24,000 bases of DNA from Pseudomonas phage Almagne. This document shows positions 1 through 8,552 of the stretch, one piece after another; position 1 is the first letter of the stretch, and every line of letters starts with the position of its first letter. The notes under the pieces are model-generated. The model had not been told where the DNA came from. It did no database searches and worked only from the letters and a program-made list of their open reading frames with translations. The stretch is from sequence record OM982619.1; one strand, 5' to 3'. The position numbers and the translations under genes are program-made.

Positions 1-212
1 CTCCTGCACCGACGCCCCCGCCAAAAGTGGTAGTCGAGTACAAGACCCAAAAGATAACTCCACCCTCGGGCCTGCTGCGTCCCTGCTACTTGCCCCCGAA
101 CCGAAAACCGAAGGGCGGCAAGGAGGCAGCTAACATCTCGAACGGTTGGAAGTTGGCAGCTAAGACCTGCGCGGCGTCCATGCAAGAACTTATCGACTGG
201 TACAAGCCATGA
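1..212 (+). CDS. Putative o-spanin (Rz1/LysC-like), 5' truncated by the window edge
   Basis: The frame is open from the window edge: ...PAPTPPPKVVVEYKTQKITPPSGLLRPCYLPP...GWKLAAKTCAASMQELIDWYKP*. Proline-rich start, 'xxPPSxLLRPCxLP' motif and C-terminal 'CAASMQELIDWY' resemble Rz1/LysC proteins. The stop overlaps the next start (ATGA). Confidence 0.5.
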   Translation, partial: PAPTPPPKVVVEYKTQKITPPSGLLRPCYLPPNRKPKGGKEAANISNGWKLAAKTCAASMQELIDWYKP

Positions 213-625
213 TCCACCAGACGCAACCAACTTCGAACTCCTGCATATCGGCTTGCCTTGCCATGTTGGCTGGCATTCCGGTTAGCGAGGCCGTTGCCAA
301 GTTTCATGATGCCATCTGGGAAGATGGCTTACCAGTTTCTTGGTGCCTGGGTGAACTCGACCTCCAGTACCGTCCAGTGTTCTACGAAGGCCATACCTGT
401 TATGGGGGTAAAGTTTACCTCGTGAAAGTTGCCAGCCTAAACACTCGCGGCGGGCTGCACCAGGTAATCATCGACTGTCGCGGCGAGCAGATTGTGGTGT
501 TGGACCCGGCTCAAGGATTCGAGGATAAGTTTTATTACGCCTGGGAGCCTACCAAAGGTGACGATGAGTGGGCCGTGCCCCTCGAGTCCTGGCTGATTGA
601 ACACGAGGTAGTTCCTCATGACTAA
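209..625 (+). CDS. Papain-like / C39-like cysteine peptidase domain protein (138 aa)
   Basis: 'HQTQPTSNSCISACLAMLAGIPVSEA' (Cys nucleophile region) followed by 'GGLHQVIIDCRGEQIVVLDPAQG' (His...Asp/Pro pattern of C39-like peptidases). ATG overlaps the previous stop. Confidence 0.6.
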   Translation: MIHQTQPTSNSCISACLAMLAGIPVSEAVAKFHDAIWEDGLPVSWCLGELDLQYRPVFYEGHTCYGGKVYLVKVASLNTRGGLHQVIIDCRGEQIVVLDPAQGFEDKFYYAWEPTKGDDEWAVPLESWLIEHEVVPHD

Positions 626-857
626 TATCTTCTCGATTGAAGGTAAGCCGATTGAAGGCGCTTCGCCAAACCGGGAGACCGTGGAGTTCCTCGAGTCTCT
701 GGTGGAACGGGCAAAGACGGGGGACATCAAAGCGGTTGCCATCGCGATGATTACCGAGTCAGATGGCGCGGTCACTTGCTACCTGACCTCTAACCGAAAG
801 TTTAGTCTTATAGGTGCCGTCTCGTGGCTTCACCAGAGGCTCTTAAACGACTCATAA
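618..857 (+). CDS. Small conserved-type phage protein, unknown function (79 aa)
   Basis: ATG start overlapping the previous gene by 8 nt, same strand; 'GDIKAVAIAMITESDGAVTCYLTSNRKFSLIGAVSWLHQRLL'. Confidence 0.6.
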   Translation: MTNIFSIEGKPIEGASPNRETVEFLESLVERAKTGDIKAVAIAMITESDGAVTCYLTSNRKFSLIGAVSWLHQRLLNDS

Positions 858-862
858 GCTAG

Positions 863-886
863 GGTAGCCGGGGGTATGCGGCTATT
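863..886 (+). terminator. Weak hairpin downstream of the 618-857 ORF
   Basis: TAGCCG (865-870) pairs with CGGCTA (879-884), loop GGGGTATG, possible G-U extension, then a short T run. Weak as a terminator. Confidence 0.2.
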
Positions 887-949
887 TAAGCGCCTACAAG
901 CCCCTCAGGAGCCCTCAGCGGCACTGAATAACGACAGGTCAGTGACCTT

Positions 950-2449
950 ATGACGCTAGCGCTCGATTTTAACCTTCACGACAAGCAAGGCCTGGTGCTG
1001 ACGACCCTGGCCAACGAAATCCTTTACGGCGGTGCAGCGGGCGGAGGCAAGAGCCACCTGATGCGTATCCTCGCCATCCTGCTCTGCGTAATGTGCCCGG
1101 GACTCCAGGTATACATCTTCCGTAAGCACTTCGGTGACCTTTACAAGAACCACATGGAAGGGCCCAGTGGGTTCCCGATGTTGCTGTGGCCTTGGATCGA
1201 AGCCAAACTCTGCAAGGTGAATATCTCGAAGAACTACATCCAATTTTGGAATGGTTCGAAGATTCACCTATGCCATCTTCAACACGAGAAGGACTTGCTG
1301 AAATACCAAGGTCCTGAGATTCATGTGTTGTTGATGGACGAACTGACTCACTTCACAGAAAAAGAATATCGGTTCCTGCGTAACCGTGTTCGACTCGGCG
1401 GCTTGGAAGTTCCAGACGTTGAGTTCACCCCAGGCGTCACACTCAAACAGAAGCTGCCCTTGATCCTGTGTGGCAGTAACCCGGGATCGACGGGCCACGT
1501 CTGGGTGAAACGCACTTTCGTTGATTACGGCCCGCCGATGGAAGTTTCCAGAACGCGTAAGGCCGATGGCGGCATGTTGCGGGCTTACATCCCCGCCAAG
1601 CTGCAAGACAACCCGACCCTGACCACGAACGACCCGGACTATATCAACCGGCTCGAGGGTCTAGGCGACCCAGCACTTATCAAAGCAATGCGCGACGGCG
1701 ATTGGAACATTGTCGCGGGCGGCGCTTTCGATGACGTGTGGAACGAAGAACACTTGGTCCTACCGCGTTTCCGCATTCCTGCGGGCTGGCGTTTGGATCG
1801 CTCGTTTGACTGGGGCTCTTCGCACCCTGCCTCTGTGGGGTGGTGGGCTGAGAGCAACGGAGAAGAAGTTACATACCTGGAAAGGAAATTTGAGAACGGA
1901 GTACTCAGTGAGTACGAGGTCACCAGATGCTTCCCACGCGGGTCGTTTATACGGATCGCGGAATGGTACATGTGCAAAGCGGTTGGAGAGAATGCCGGGT
2001 TGAAACTTTCGGCTAAGGAAATTGCGCAGGGAATTAAAAAGCGCGAGAAGGACATGTTCGACCAAGGTTGGATTCGGGGAACTGTGTTACCCGGACCGGC
2101 TGACAGTCAGATTTACCAGACCACACAGTCGGACGTTCCGACTATTGGCGACAAGATGGCAGAGGAAGGCGTGCGCTGGATACCGGCTAATAAAGCGGCT
2201 GGTACTCGCGTTAACGGTCTCGAGTTGGTCAGGGGTCGCATGAAGGAAAGAGAAGGACCGGGCTTGTATTTCATGAACAATTGCCGGATGGCCATCACTA
2301 TCCTGCCGAACTTGCCCCGTGACCCCGACAATACAGAAGACGTTGATACCAAGTCAGAAGACCACCTTTATGACGATGTTCGTTACAAGGTTCTTGGTCC
2401 TAAGCCTATGGCATCCAAACTTAAGGTGAGGCACGCAAATGAGCGTTAA
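950..2449 (+). CDS. terL: Terminase large subunit (499 aa)
   Basis: Walker A-like 'LYGGAAGGGKSHLM', Walker B 'IHVLLMDELTHF', 'LILCGSNPGSTGHVWVKRTFVD', and nuclease-domain motif 'RLDRSFDWGSSHPASVGWWAE'. Confidence 0.95.
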   Translation: MTLALDFNLHDKQGLVLTTLANEILYGGAAGGGKSHLMRILAILLCVMCPGLQVYIFRKHFGDLYKNHMEGPSGFPMLLWPWIEAKLCKVNISKNYIQFWNGSKIHLCHLQHEKDLLKYQGPEIHVLLMDELTHFTEKEYRFLRNRVRLGGLEVPDVEFTPGVTLKQKLPLILCGSNPGSTGHVWVKRTFVDYGPPMEVSRTRKADGGMLRAYIPAKLQDNPTLTTNDPDYINRLEGLGDPALIKAMRDGDWNIVAGGAFDDVWNEEHLVLPRFRIPAGWRLDRSFDWGSSHPASVGWWAESNGEEVTYLERKFENGVLSEYEVTRCFPRGSFIRIAEWYMCKAVGENAGLKLSAKEIAQGIKKREKDMFDQGWIRGTVLPGPADSQIYQTTQSDVPTIGDKMAEEGVRWIPANKAAGTRVNGLELVRGRMKEREGPGLYFMNNCRMAITILPNLPRDPDNTEDVDTKSEDHLYDDVRYKVLGPKPMASKLKVRHANER

Positions 2450-3935
2450 AGACAAACGGAAGGAAGTTCTGAAACTTGCCCCCGTCTACAAGATGATTCG
2501 GGATGTGCTGGATGGTCCCGCCGCTGTTAAGGCCGCTGGCGTTGAATACCTGCCAGTCCCCGATCCGACCGACAAGTCTCCCTACGCTAACGAGCGGTAC
2601 GCGTCGTATGTGTTGCGGGCCATCTTCTTTGACGCCACGTCACGGACTCACGAAGGTTTCATTGGTCAGATGTTCTACCGTGAGACCCAGATCGAACTGC
2701 CGTCTGTGCTGAAGATCATGCTGTTGGACGTGGATGGTCAATCGACCGGGCTTGAACAGCAGATCAAGAATACGGCTGGCGAAGTGCTGGCGATGGGTCG
2801 GGCTGGTCTCTATACCGACTACACTGCACAACCGGGCCAGCGCGTAACTCGGGAAGATCAATCGCTTAACCGGGTACGGCCTACCATCACGGCTTACACG
2901 GCTGAGCGGATTATCAACTGGCGCTGGTCTACCGTCGATAACCAAAAGTTTCTTTCACTGTTGGTACTCGAAGAGACCTACACGAAGGAAGACGATGGCT
3001 TCGACGCCAAGGAAGACACCCAGTATCGCGAGTTGCGCATGGTGCGCAGCGGCGAGGATGGAACTGGCCCATTCATCTTCCAATCCACAGTGTGGCGTGA
3101 CGATCCCGACACTGGCGAGTTCAAGGCTATGGAGCCGACCTACCCCACCAAGGGTAATGGAAAGAACTGGGACCGTATCCCGTTCGAGTTCATCGGCTCC
3201 AGCGATAACGATTCCGAGATTGACAAGCCGCCTCTCGAGGGTATGGCTCATGTCAACATCGGTCACTACCGTAACTCGGCTGAGTATGAAGAAACCATCT
3301 TCATGATGGGACAACCGACTCCCTGGGCGTCGGGTATCACCGAGAACTGGTTGGCCGAAGCTTGGAAAGGCGAACTGCGCCTCGGCACTCGTGAGTTCAT
3401 CCCGTTACCATCTGGTGGTCAGATGGGGCTATTGCAGATGCAGCCAAACACCATGGCTGAAAACGGCATGAAGCAAAAAGCCGACATGCTGGTGGCGTTG
3501 GGCGCGAAGCTGGCCGAGAACAAGTCGGTAGCCTCGACCGCAACCGAGGAGAACCGTGATTCGGTAATCGAGAACTCCACGTTGTCCTCTGTGGCTAAGA
3601 ACACCTCGGCTGCCTACACGCGGGCCATCGAGTCCGCATTGATCTACGCGAACGGCAGTGGCAAGGTGGTTGTCGAGATTAACACCGACTTCGAACTGTC
3701 TCGCATGTCTCCACAAGATCGCCAACAGCTTCTGGCGGAGTGGCAAGGCGGTGGCATCACCTGGACCGAATACCGCTGGAACATGAAGCGTGGTGGTGTA
3801 GCCTATCAGGATGATGCGCAGGCCAAGGCAGAAATCGATGCCGAGATGGAGCAAGACATCAAGCTCAACTCAATGGCCAACCCCCAGATCGATCCTAAAA
3901 CCGGACTTCCTGTAGAGCCAGTGGCCGAGGAATAA
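2439..3935 (+). CDS. Portal protein, DUF4055-like (498 aa)
   Basis: Position directly after terL and before the MuF-like gene; 'PYANERYASYVLRAIFFDATSRTHEGFIGQMFYRE', 'GRAGLYTDY', 'YTAERIINWRW' and 'PPLEGMAHVNIGHYRNSAEYEETIFMMGQPTPW' fit DUF4055 portals. Confidence 0.88.
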   Translation: MSVKDKRKEVLKLAPVYKMIRDVLDGPAAVKAAGVEYLPVPDPTDKSPYANERYASYVLRAIFFDATSRTHEGFIGQMFYRETQIELPSVLKIMLLDVDGQSTGLEQQIKNTAGEVLAMGRAGLYTDYTAQPGQRVTREDQSLNRVRPTITAYTAERIINWRWSTVDNQKFLSLLVLEETYTKEDDGFDAKEDTQYRELRMVRSGEDGTGPFIFQSTVWRDDPDTGEFKAMEPTYPTKGNGKNWDRIPFEFIGSSDNDSEIDKPPLEGMAHVNIGHYRNSAEYEETIFMMGQPTPWASGITENWLAEAWKGELRLGTREFIPLPSGGQMGLLQMQPNTMAENGMKQKADMLVALGAKLAENKSVASTATEENRDSVIENSTLSSVAKNTSAAYTRAIESALIYANGSGKVVVEINTDFELSRMSPQDRQQLLAEWQGGGITWTEYRWNMKRGGVAYQDDAQAKAEIDAEMEQDIKLNSMANPQIDPKTGLPVEPVAEE

Positions 3936-3939
3936 TCCC

Positions 3940-5010
3940 ATGGCTAAGATCCCGAACCCCCGTGACGTGCTTTCTCGGCATCAGGTTTACTTGGAGCGGT
4001 TGAAGGCCGGATACGTTAAGGACTATGAACAGGCGATTGCGGACGCCGAAACGGCTATTCGTGATGTTCTCAACGCTATCGAGGACCAGAGGCTTTCGGA
4101 TCTATCCCGTAAGCGCCTCAGGCAGCTTCTCAGCGATCTTCGGGACGCACAAGCCCCGATATACCTGAAACAGCAAAAGAAGCTTACCGACGACCTCCAG
4201 GAGCTGTCTAAGTCCGAGGGGTTGTTTGAGCATCAGTTGATTGTGACAATCGCTGAGGCAGCGGCTATTAAGGCGGTAGTAAAGAAGCCCAAGCCCAAGG
4301 TGACCTGGGAAGACCTTCAGTATCAGCCGATCCAAGCGACTGGCGAACTGCTGGAGCCGTTCCTGACCGACCTGAGTACTCGACAGATCAACCGGGTTAA
4401 CCGGGAGATTATGATCAGCATGTCTCAAGGGCGGACGATTAGCCAGACAGTGCAGGCGGTACGCGGTACTAAGGCACGCAACTACCGGGATGGCGTAATC
4501 AGCCGAAACGCCAACGACGCCCGAACTATCGTTCGTACGGCTACCCAACACGTATCCCAGCAATCGCGGGAATCAACTTGGGATGCCAACTCTGATTTGA
4601 TCGACTCCTACCAGTGGGTCTCCACTCTGGATGGTAAAACCTCCCAGCAGTGCAAGTCATTGGATCAAACGATCTACCAGATTGGCAAAGGTCCGGTGCC
4701 ACCCATCCACATCGGTTGCCGTTCGACAACAGTGCCGTACTTCAAACCCAGTGTGTGGGATGAAGGGGCCACACGGTCTGCCGAGTTTGGTCCGGTGGAT
4801 CAATCGACTACCTATTACGAGTGGCTGAAGAATCAGCCGGTCAGCTTCCAGGATAATGCTCTCGGGCCCGTTCGTGGAAAGCTGTTTCGTGATGGGGGCT
4901 TAACCGCTGACGAGTTTTCCAAGTTACAACTGGACAAGAACTTCCAGCCTCTAACCCTTCTTCAAATGAAAGCTTTAAACCCAACCGCCTTTGAAATGGC
5001 GAAAATCTAG
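3940..5010 (+). CDS. Head morphogenesis protein, SPP1 gp7/MuF-like (356 aa)
   Basis: 'ARTIVRTATQHVSQQSRESTWDANSDLIDSYQWVSTLDGKTSQQCKSLDQTIYQIGKGPVPPIHIGCRSTTVPYF' is the typical C-terminal MuF-domain signature. Confidence 0.9.
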   Translation: MAKIPNPRDVLSRHQVYLERLKAGYVKDYEQAIADAETAIRDVLNAIEDQRLSDLSRKRLRQLLSDLRDAQAPIYLKQQKKLTDDLQELSKSEGLFEHQLIVTIAEAAAIKAVVKKPKPKVTWEDLQYQPIQATGELLEPFLTDLSTRQINRVNREIMISMSQGRTISQTVQAVRGTKARNYRDGVISRNANDARTIVRTATQHVSQQSRESTWDANSDLIDSYQWVSTLDGKTSQQCKSLDQTIYQIGKGPVPPIHIGCRSTTVPYFKPSVWDEGATRSAEFGPVDQSTTYYEWLKNQPVSFQDNALGPVRGKLFRDGGLTADEFSKLQLDKNFQPLTLLQMKALNPTAFEMAKI

Positions 5011-5021
5011 GAGCAGTGCTC

Positions 5022-5756
5022 ATGGCTTTACAACTCATCCTCCAAACCCTCGACGGTCTTTCGGCTGACGTTGCCAAGGAATATACCGAACAAGAAGACG
5101 GTAGCTTCCGCCTCGACGTTACCGGCCTGGAAGACACCGGCGCATTGAAGCGGGCCAAGGAACATGAAAAGAATCAGCGCAAACAGGCTCAGACTCGTGT
5201 CACCGAACTTCAGTCGAAGATTGAAGATCTGGAAGACCAAATCGCTGCGCTGGGCGATCCGAACAAAAACAGTGCCGATGCCCTCAAGTTGCAGAAACTC
5301 GAGCGCCAGTTAACCGACGCCCAGGGCAAGCTTACGGCGCGTGAAACCGAGCTGATGGGCGAGATCTCTCGCCTGACCAGTACCGCAAGTGCGACTGTAC
5401 TGGTAAACGACCTCACCGACTTTCCCGACCTGATGTTGCCAATGGTTCGTGCCCGACTGACTACCGTGCTGGAAAACGGCAAAGCGGTGGTGAAGGTGCT
5501 TGACCCCGATGGCGATGTCGGTTCGATGACTGTGGACGAACTCAAGGCCGAGATCGAAAACGACGCGAAGTACGCTCCTCTTCTTCGTGGTTCGCAAGGT
5601 TCCGGGAGCGGTGCCCCTGGCAAAGGTAAAGGACCTACCAACGGCAAGACCAAACTGTCGGACTACACAGGCCCAGAGCGTGTGGAACTCCAGCAGAAAA
5701 ACCCGGCTCTCTTCCAGCAGTTGCTGGCCGAGTCCAAAAATCCAAAAATCCGCTAA
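5022..5756 (+). CDS. Putative scaffolding/minor capsid-associated protein
   Basis: Coiled-coil-rich, charged protein between MuF-like gene and MCP ('HEKNQRKQAQTRVTELQSKIEDLEDQIAALG...'). The track starts at GTG 5016, but ATG 5022 is better placed behind AGGAG (5009-5013). Confidence 0.7.
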   Translation: MALQLILQTLDGLSADVAKEYTEQEDGSFRLDVTGLEDTGALKRAKEHEKNQRKQAQTRVTELQSKIEDLEDQIAALGDPNKNSADALKLQKLERQLTDAQGKLTARETELMGEISRLTSTASATVLVNDLTDFPDLMLPMVRARLTTVLENGKAVVKVLDPDGDVGSMTVDELKAEIENDAKYAPLLRGSQGSGSGAPGKGKGPTNGKTKLSDYTGPERVELQQKNPALFQQLLAESKNPKIR

Positions 5757-5774
5757 CCTGGAGTTATACCCTTT

Positions 5775-6911
5775 ATGAATAAGCCATCCACTCGCGGCCT
5801 CATGGTCGCTGCTGCACTTTTCGCCTCCGCTGGCCTGCTCCAACAAGCTATGGCTAAGTCCATGCCTGCTGGTGCTGTGACCACGCTCGAGGACATCATT
5901 GGTCCGCGCGGTTCCTACACCCCAATCGTCGAGTCGTTCATGACGGTAGACCCGGTCGAGTCGACCGCGTTCTTCCAATCGGGCGTGCTGCAAGGCGGTG
6001 ACCCACGCATTCAAGCGGTACTGAATGCGGCGGCAGTGACTGCTTCGGTTCCTTTCTGGAACCCGATTGACTCCAGCGTTGAGCCGAACTACTCGAACGA
6101 CGTTTTCGAGGACATCGCAACTCCGCGTAACGTGACCACTGGCCTGCAAACGGCCCGCATTGCCTTCCTCAACGAAGGCTTCGGCACCATGGAATTGGTC
6201 AAGGCCATCACCAAGCAGGACCCGCTGGCCTACGTCGCGTCGGTCCTCGACAACTACTGGGCACGCCAAGCCGAACGTCGCCTGATCGCCACCGCCCTGG
6301 GTATCTACAACGACAACATCGGCGCGACCGATGCGTACCACACCCAGAACGACATGGTTCACGCGGCTGCTGCTGGTTTCACCGCTGACGACTGGATCGA
6401 CACCCAGGCCCAACTGGGCGACAAGCTGGGCGTCTACGGTGTGGTTGCAATGCACCGCCTCGTTTACACCCAGATCCAGAAGTTGAACCTGATCGACTTC
6501 GTGACCGACTCCGACCAGAAGACCCAGATCCCGTTCTACCAGGGCTCCCGGATCGTGGTCGATAACGGCATGCCGATCTTCGGTGCCTCCGGTTCGCGCC
6601 GTAGCCTGATCATTTTCTTCGGTCCAGGCGCTATCGGTTACGCGACCGAAACCCCGTCGAACGGCCTGCGTTACTCGGAAGTCGAAGAGCGCGGTAACGG
6701 CGGTGGCGTCGAAGTCCTGTGGACTCGTCGCAACTGGATCATGCACCCGCTGGGCTACACCTTCACCAGCGCGGTGATCACTGGCAACGGTACTGAGACC
6801 CGTCCGGCCTCCGCATCGTGGGCTGACCTGGCTAACGCCACCAACTGGAACCGTGTTCTGCCACGTGAACACGTACCGTTGGCATTCATGACCGTCGCCG
6901 TCGCCGGTTAA
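5775..6911 (+). CDS. Major capsid protein (378 aa)
   Basis: Position after scaffold; 'ARQAERRLIATALGIYNDNI', 'YQGSRIVVDNGMPIF', 'FFGPGAIGYA...ERGNGGGVEVLWTRRNWIMHPLGYTF' typical of this MCP class. GGAG at 5760-5763. Confidence 0.88.
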   Translation: MNKPSTRGLMVAAALFASAGLLQQAMAKSMPAGAVTTLEDIIGPRGSYTPIVESFMTVDPVESTAFFQSGVLQGGDPRIQAVLNAAAVTASVPFWNPIDSSVEPNYSNDVFEDIATPRNVTTGLQTARIAFLNEGFGTMELVKAITKQDPLAYVASVLDNYWARQAERRLIATALGIYNDNIGATDAYHTQNDMVHAAAAGFTADDWIDTQAQLGDKLGVYGVVAMHRLVYTQIQKLNLIDFVTDSDQKTQIPFYQGSRIVVDNGMPIFGASGSRRSLIIFFGPGAIGYATETPSNGLRYSEVEERGNGGGVEVLWTRRNWIMHPLGYTFTSAVITGNGTETRPASASWADLANATNWNRVLPREHVPLAFMTVAVAG

Positions 6912-6951
6912 CTTCCTCTGCCAAGGATGGCAACTTCCAGGAGAAGTAAAA

Positions 6952-7158
6952 ATGCCTGTACCACGTTCGGCTTTACCCCGCTCACTCAAGGCCTTGTACG
7001 ACTGGCTTGCAGGTGGCGGTGCTGTAAAAGAAAAAGCGGCGATTGCGGCATTGACCGCCATCACTACTCCCGACGCCACTGATCTTCCAACCGCGCTGAC
7101 CCTGATCAACGCGACGAAGGCTAAAGTTAACGCAACTATCGCGGCGCTGAAGGCTTAA
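6952..7158 (+). CDS. Small head-region protein, unknown function (68 aa)
   Basis: Clear RBS (ggagaagtaaaaATG), collinear with structural genes, alanine-rich sequence. Confidence 0.6.
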   Translation: MPVPRSALPRSLKALYDWLAGGGAVKEKAAIAALTAITTPDATDLPTALTLINATKAKVNATIAALKA

Positions 7159-7185
7159 CTGCCTGGCACTCGCTGGAGAGCAAAC

Positions 7186-7518
7186 ATGACTGGTGACAAC
7201 ATTATCCGCCGTAAACACAAGGCCACCTGGGGCTTTACCGCCAACGAAGATGGCACTATCGGCCTGGGCGTACCGACTGAAGGCAAAGCCGGTGACGACA
7301 TCATCAGCAAGACCGATGATAAGGAGGCCCGCGCCAATGGCGGCGGGTTTCCCGCCGAGGATGCAGTTACCCTGGACTACCTGCGTTCGTTGAAGAAACA
7401 GGAACTCCTGGACCTGGCGGCGGCTCACGAAGTTACTCTCGATAAGCCGAAAGGTTCCAAGGACGAAGTCCTGGCAGAACTGGTTGCTTACTACGAAGTA
7501 GAAGAAACCGAAGAATAA
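7186..7518 (+). CDS. Small head-region protein with C-terminal HeH/LEM-like motif (110 aa)
   Basis: 'TLDYLRSLKKQELLDLAAAHEVTLDKPKGSKDEVLAELVAYYE' resembles a helix-extension-helix/SAP-like fold; acidic tail. Confidence 0.6.
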   Translation: MTGDNIIRRKHKATWGFTANEDGTIGLGVPTEGKAGDDIISKTDDKEARANGGGFPAEDAVTLDYLRSLKKQELLDLAAAHEVTLDKPKGSKDEVLAELVAYYEVEETEE

Positions 7519-7549
7519 ATTTTTGGGTAGTCCCGCGACTTGCTGTAAT

Positions 7550-7570
7550 ATACCCCCCGAAGGGGGGTAT
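7550..7570 (+). terminator. Rho-independent-like hairpin between capsid and connector genes
   Basis: ATACCCCCC (7550-7558), loop GAA, GGGGGGTAT (7562-7570): perfect 9-bp stem followed by AT-rich TATTA. Confidence 0.7.
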
Positions 7571-7658
7571 TATTACTAGGGGCAATTCTCGCCGTTACGC
7601 CAGAGGCTACACGGCACCGACGACGAGAACCTACCTGAACCTCCTGGAGTAAAAAGAG

Positions 7659-8156
7659 ATGGCCCTGATTATTGAAGATGGAACCGGCGTGACCGGGGCC
7701 AACTCTTACGCAAGTGTTGCAGAGATTCGTGCTTACTGCGAGGCACGCGGCATTGAACTTCCACCCGAAGATGCTGGTGTGGAAGTAATGGCCGTCAACG
7801 CATTCGATTACATTGAATCCCTGGAAGCCCGATTCAAAGGGCACCGGGTATTCCAAAGAACATCTTGGCCACGCGATTGCGTTTGTGTGGGTCGAGAAGA
7901 GCTCCCCAACAACGTTATCCCCTGGCAAGTTAAAGAGGCCCAGTGTCAGGCTACGGCTGAGGCAACTGAGCAGGATTTAATGCCCAACATCACCACGGCT
8001 GTCAAGCGCGAGAAGGTAGACGTACTCGAAGTTGAGTATGCGTCGGCCACTACAACTGACGGCCTCACTCAATCCCCCGCGTTCCCCAAGGTTGATGCGA
8101 AGCTGGCCATGCTGATGTGTGGCGGCGGCTACCGTGTCCGGGTGGTGCGCGGATGA
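7659..8156 (+). CDS. Head-tail connector/adaptor, DnaT-like domain family (165 aa)
   Basis: 'MALIIEDGTGVTGANSYASVAEIRAYCEARG...' is typical of phage DnaT-like/adaptor proteins; RBS ctggagtaaaaagagATG; connector position. Confidence 0.75.
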   Translation: MALIIEDGTGVTGANSYASVAEIRAYCEARGIELPPEDAGVEVMAVNAFDYIESLEARFKGHRVFQRTSWPRDCVCVGREELPNNVIPWQVKEAQCQATAEATEQDLMPNITTAVKREKVDVLEVEYASATTTDGLTQSPAFPKVDAKLAMLMCGGGYRVRVVRG

Positions 8157-8551
8157 ACGTCAAGTACCTTCGAAACCGTGCGACTGCGGAAAGGCTGATT
8201 CGCAATAACGGTGCCCAGTTTCCCTGGCAAAAAATCACCAAGGGTGGGATTGACCCCGTGACTGAGGAGTCCGTCGACACCATCGAGCCTCAGACCGTGT
8301 GGGCTGTTATCCTTCCGCCCGGGGGCGACCCTTTCTCCAGCAAGGTTGATCAGTACAAAGGAGAGAATGGTGTTCTGGACCTTTCTAAGGTTCGGAAAAT
8401 CATCGTGTCCACACAGGGTCTCAAGTACAGCCCGGAACCGTTGCATCAAATTTTCTACAAGGACGAGTGGTGGACTTACGAGAACAACACTGACCTGGCA
8501 CCGGACGGTGTAACCGATATCCTATTCAAGGGATTGATTCGGAGGACCTAA
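8153..8551 (+). CDS. Head closure/neck-type protein, unknown family
   Basis: ATG at 8153 overlaps the previous stop (ATGA). The track's 8117 start reads back into the upstream gene. Size and position fit a head-closure protein. Confidence 0.6.
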   Translation: MNVKYLRNRATAERLIRNNGAQFPWQKITKGGIDPVTEESVDTIEPQTVWAVILPPGGDPFSSKVDQYKGENGVLDLSKVRKIIVSTQGLKYSPEPLHQIFYKDEWWTYENNTDLAPDGVTDILFKGLIRRT

Positions 8552-8552
8552 C

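Noticed and set aside
5310-7109. 599-aa minus-strand ORF opposite the scaffold and capsid genes
   Set aside because: Shadow ORF of strongly biased sense coding sequence. It is antisense to well-supported scaffold/MCP genes and the translation shows no recognisable domain.
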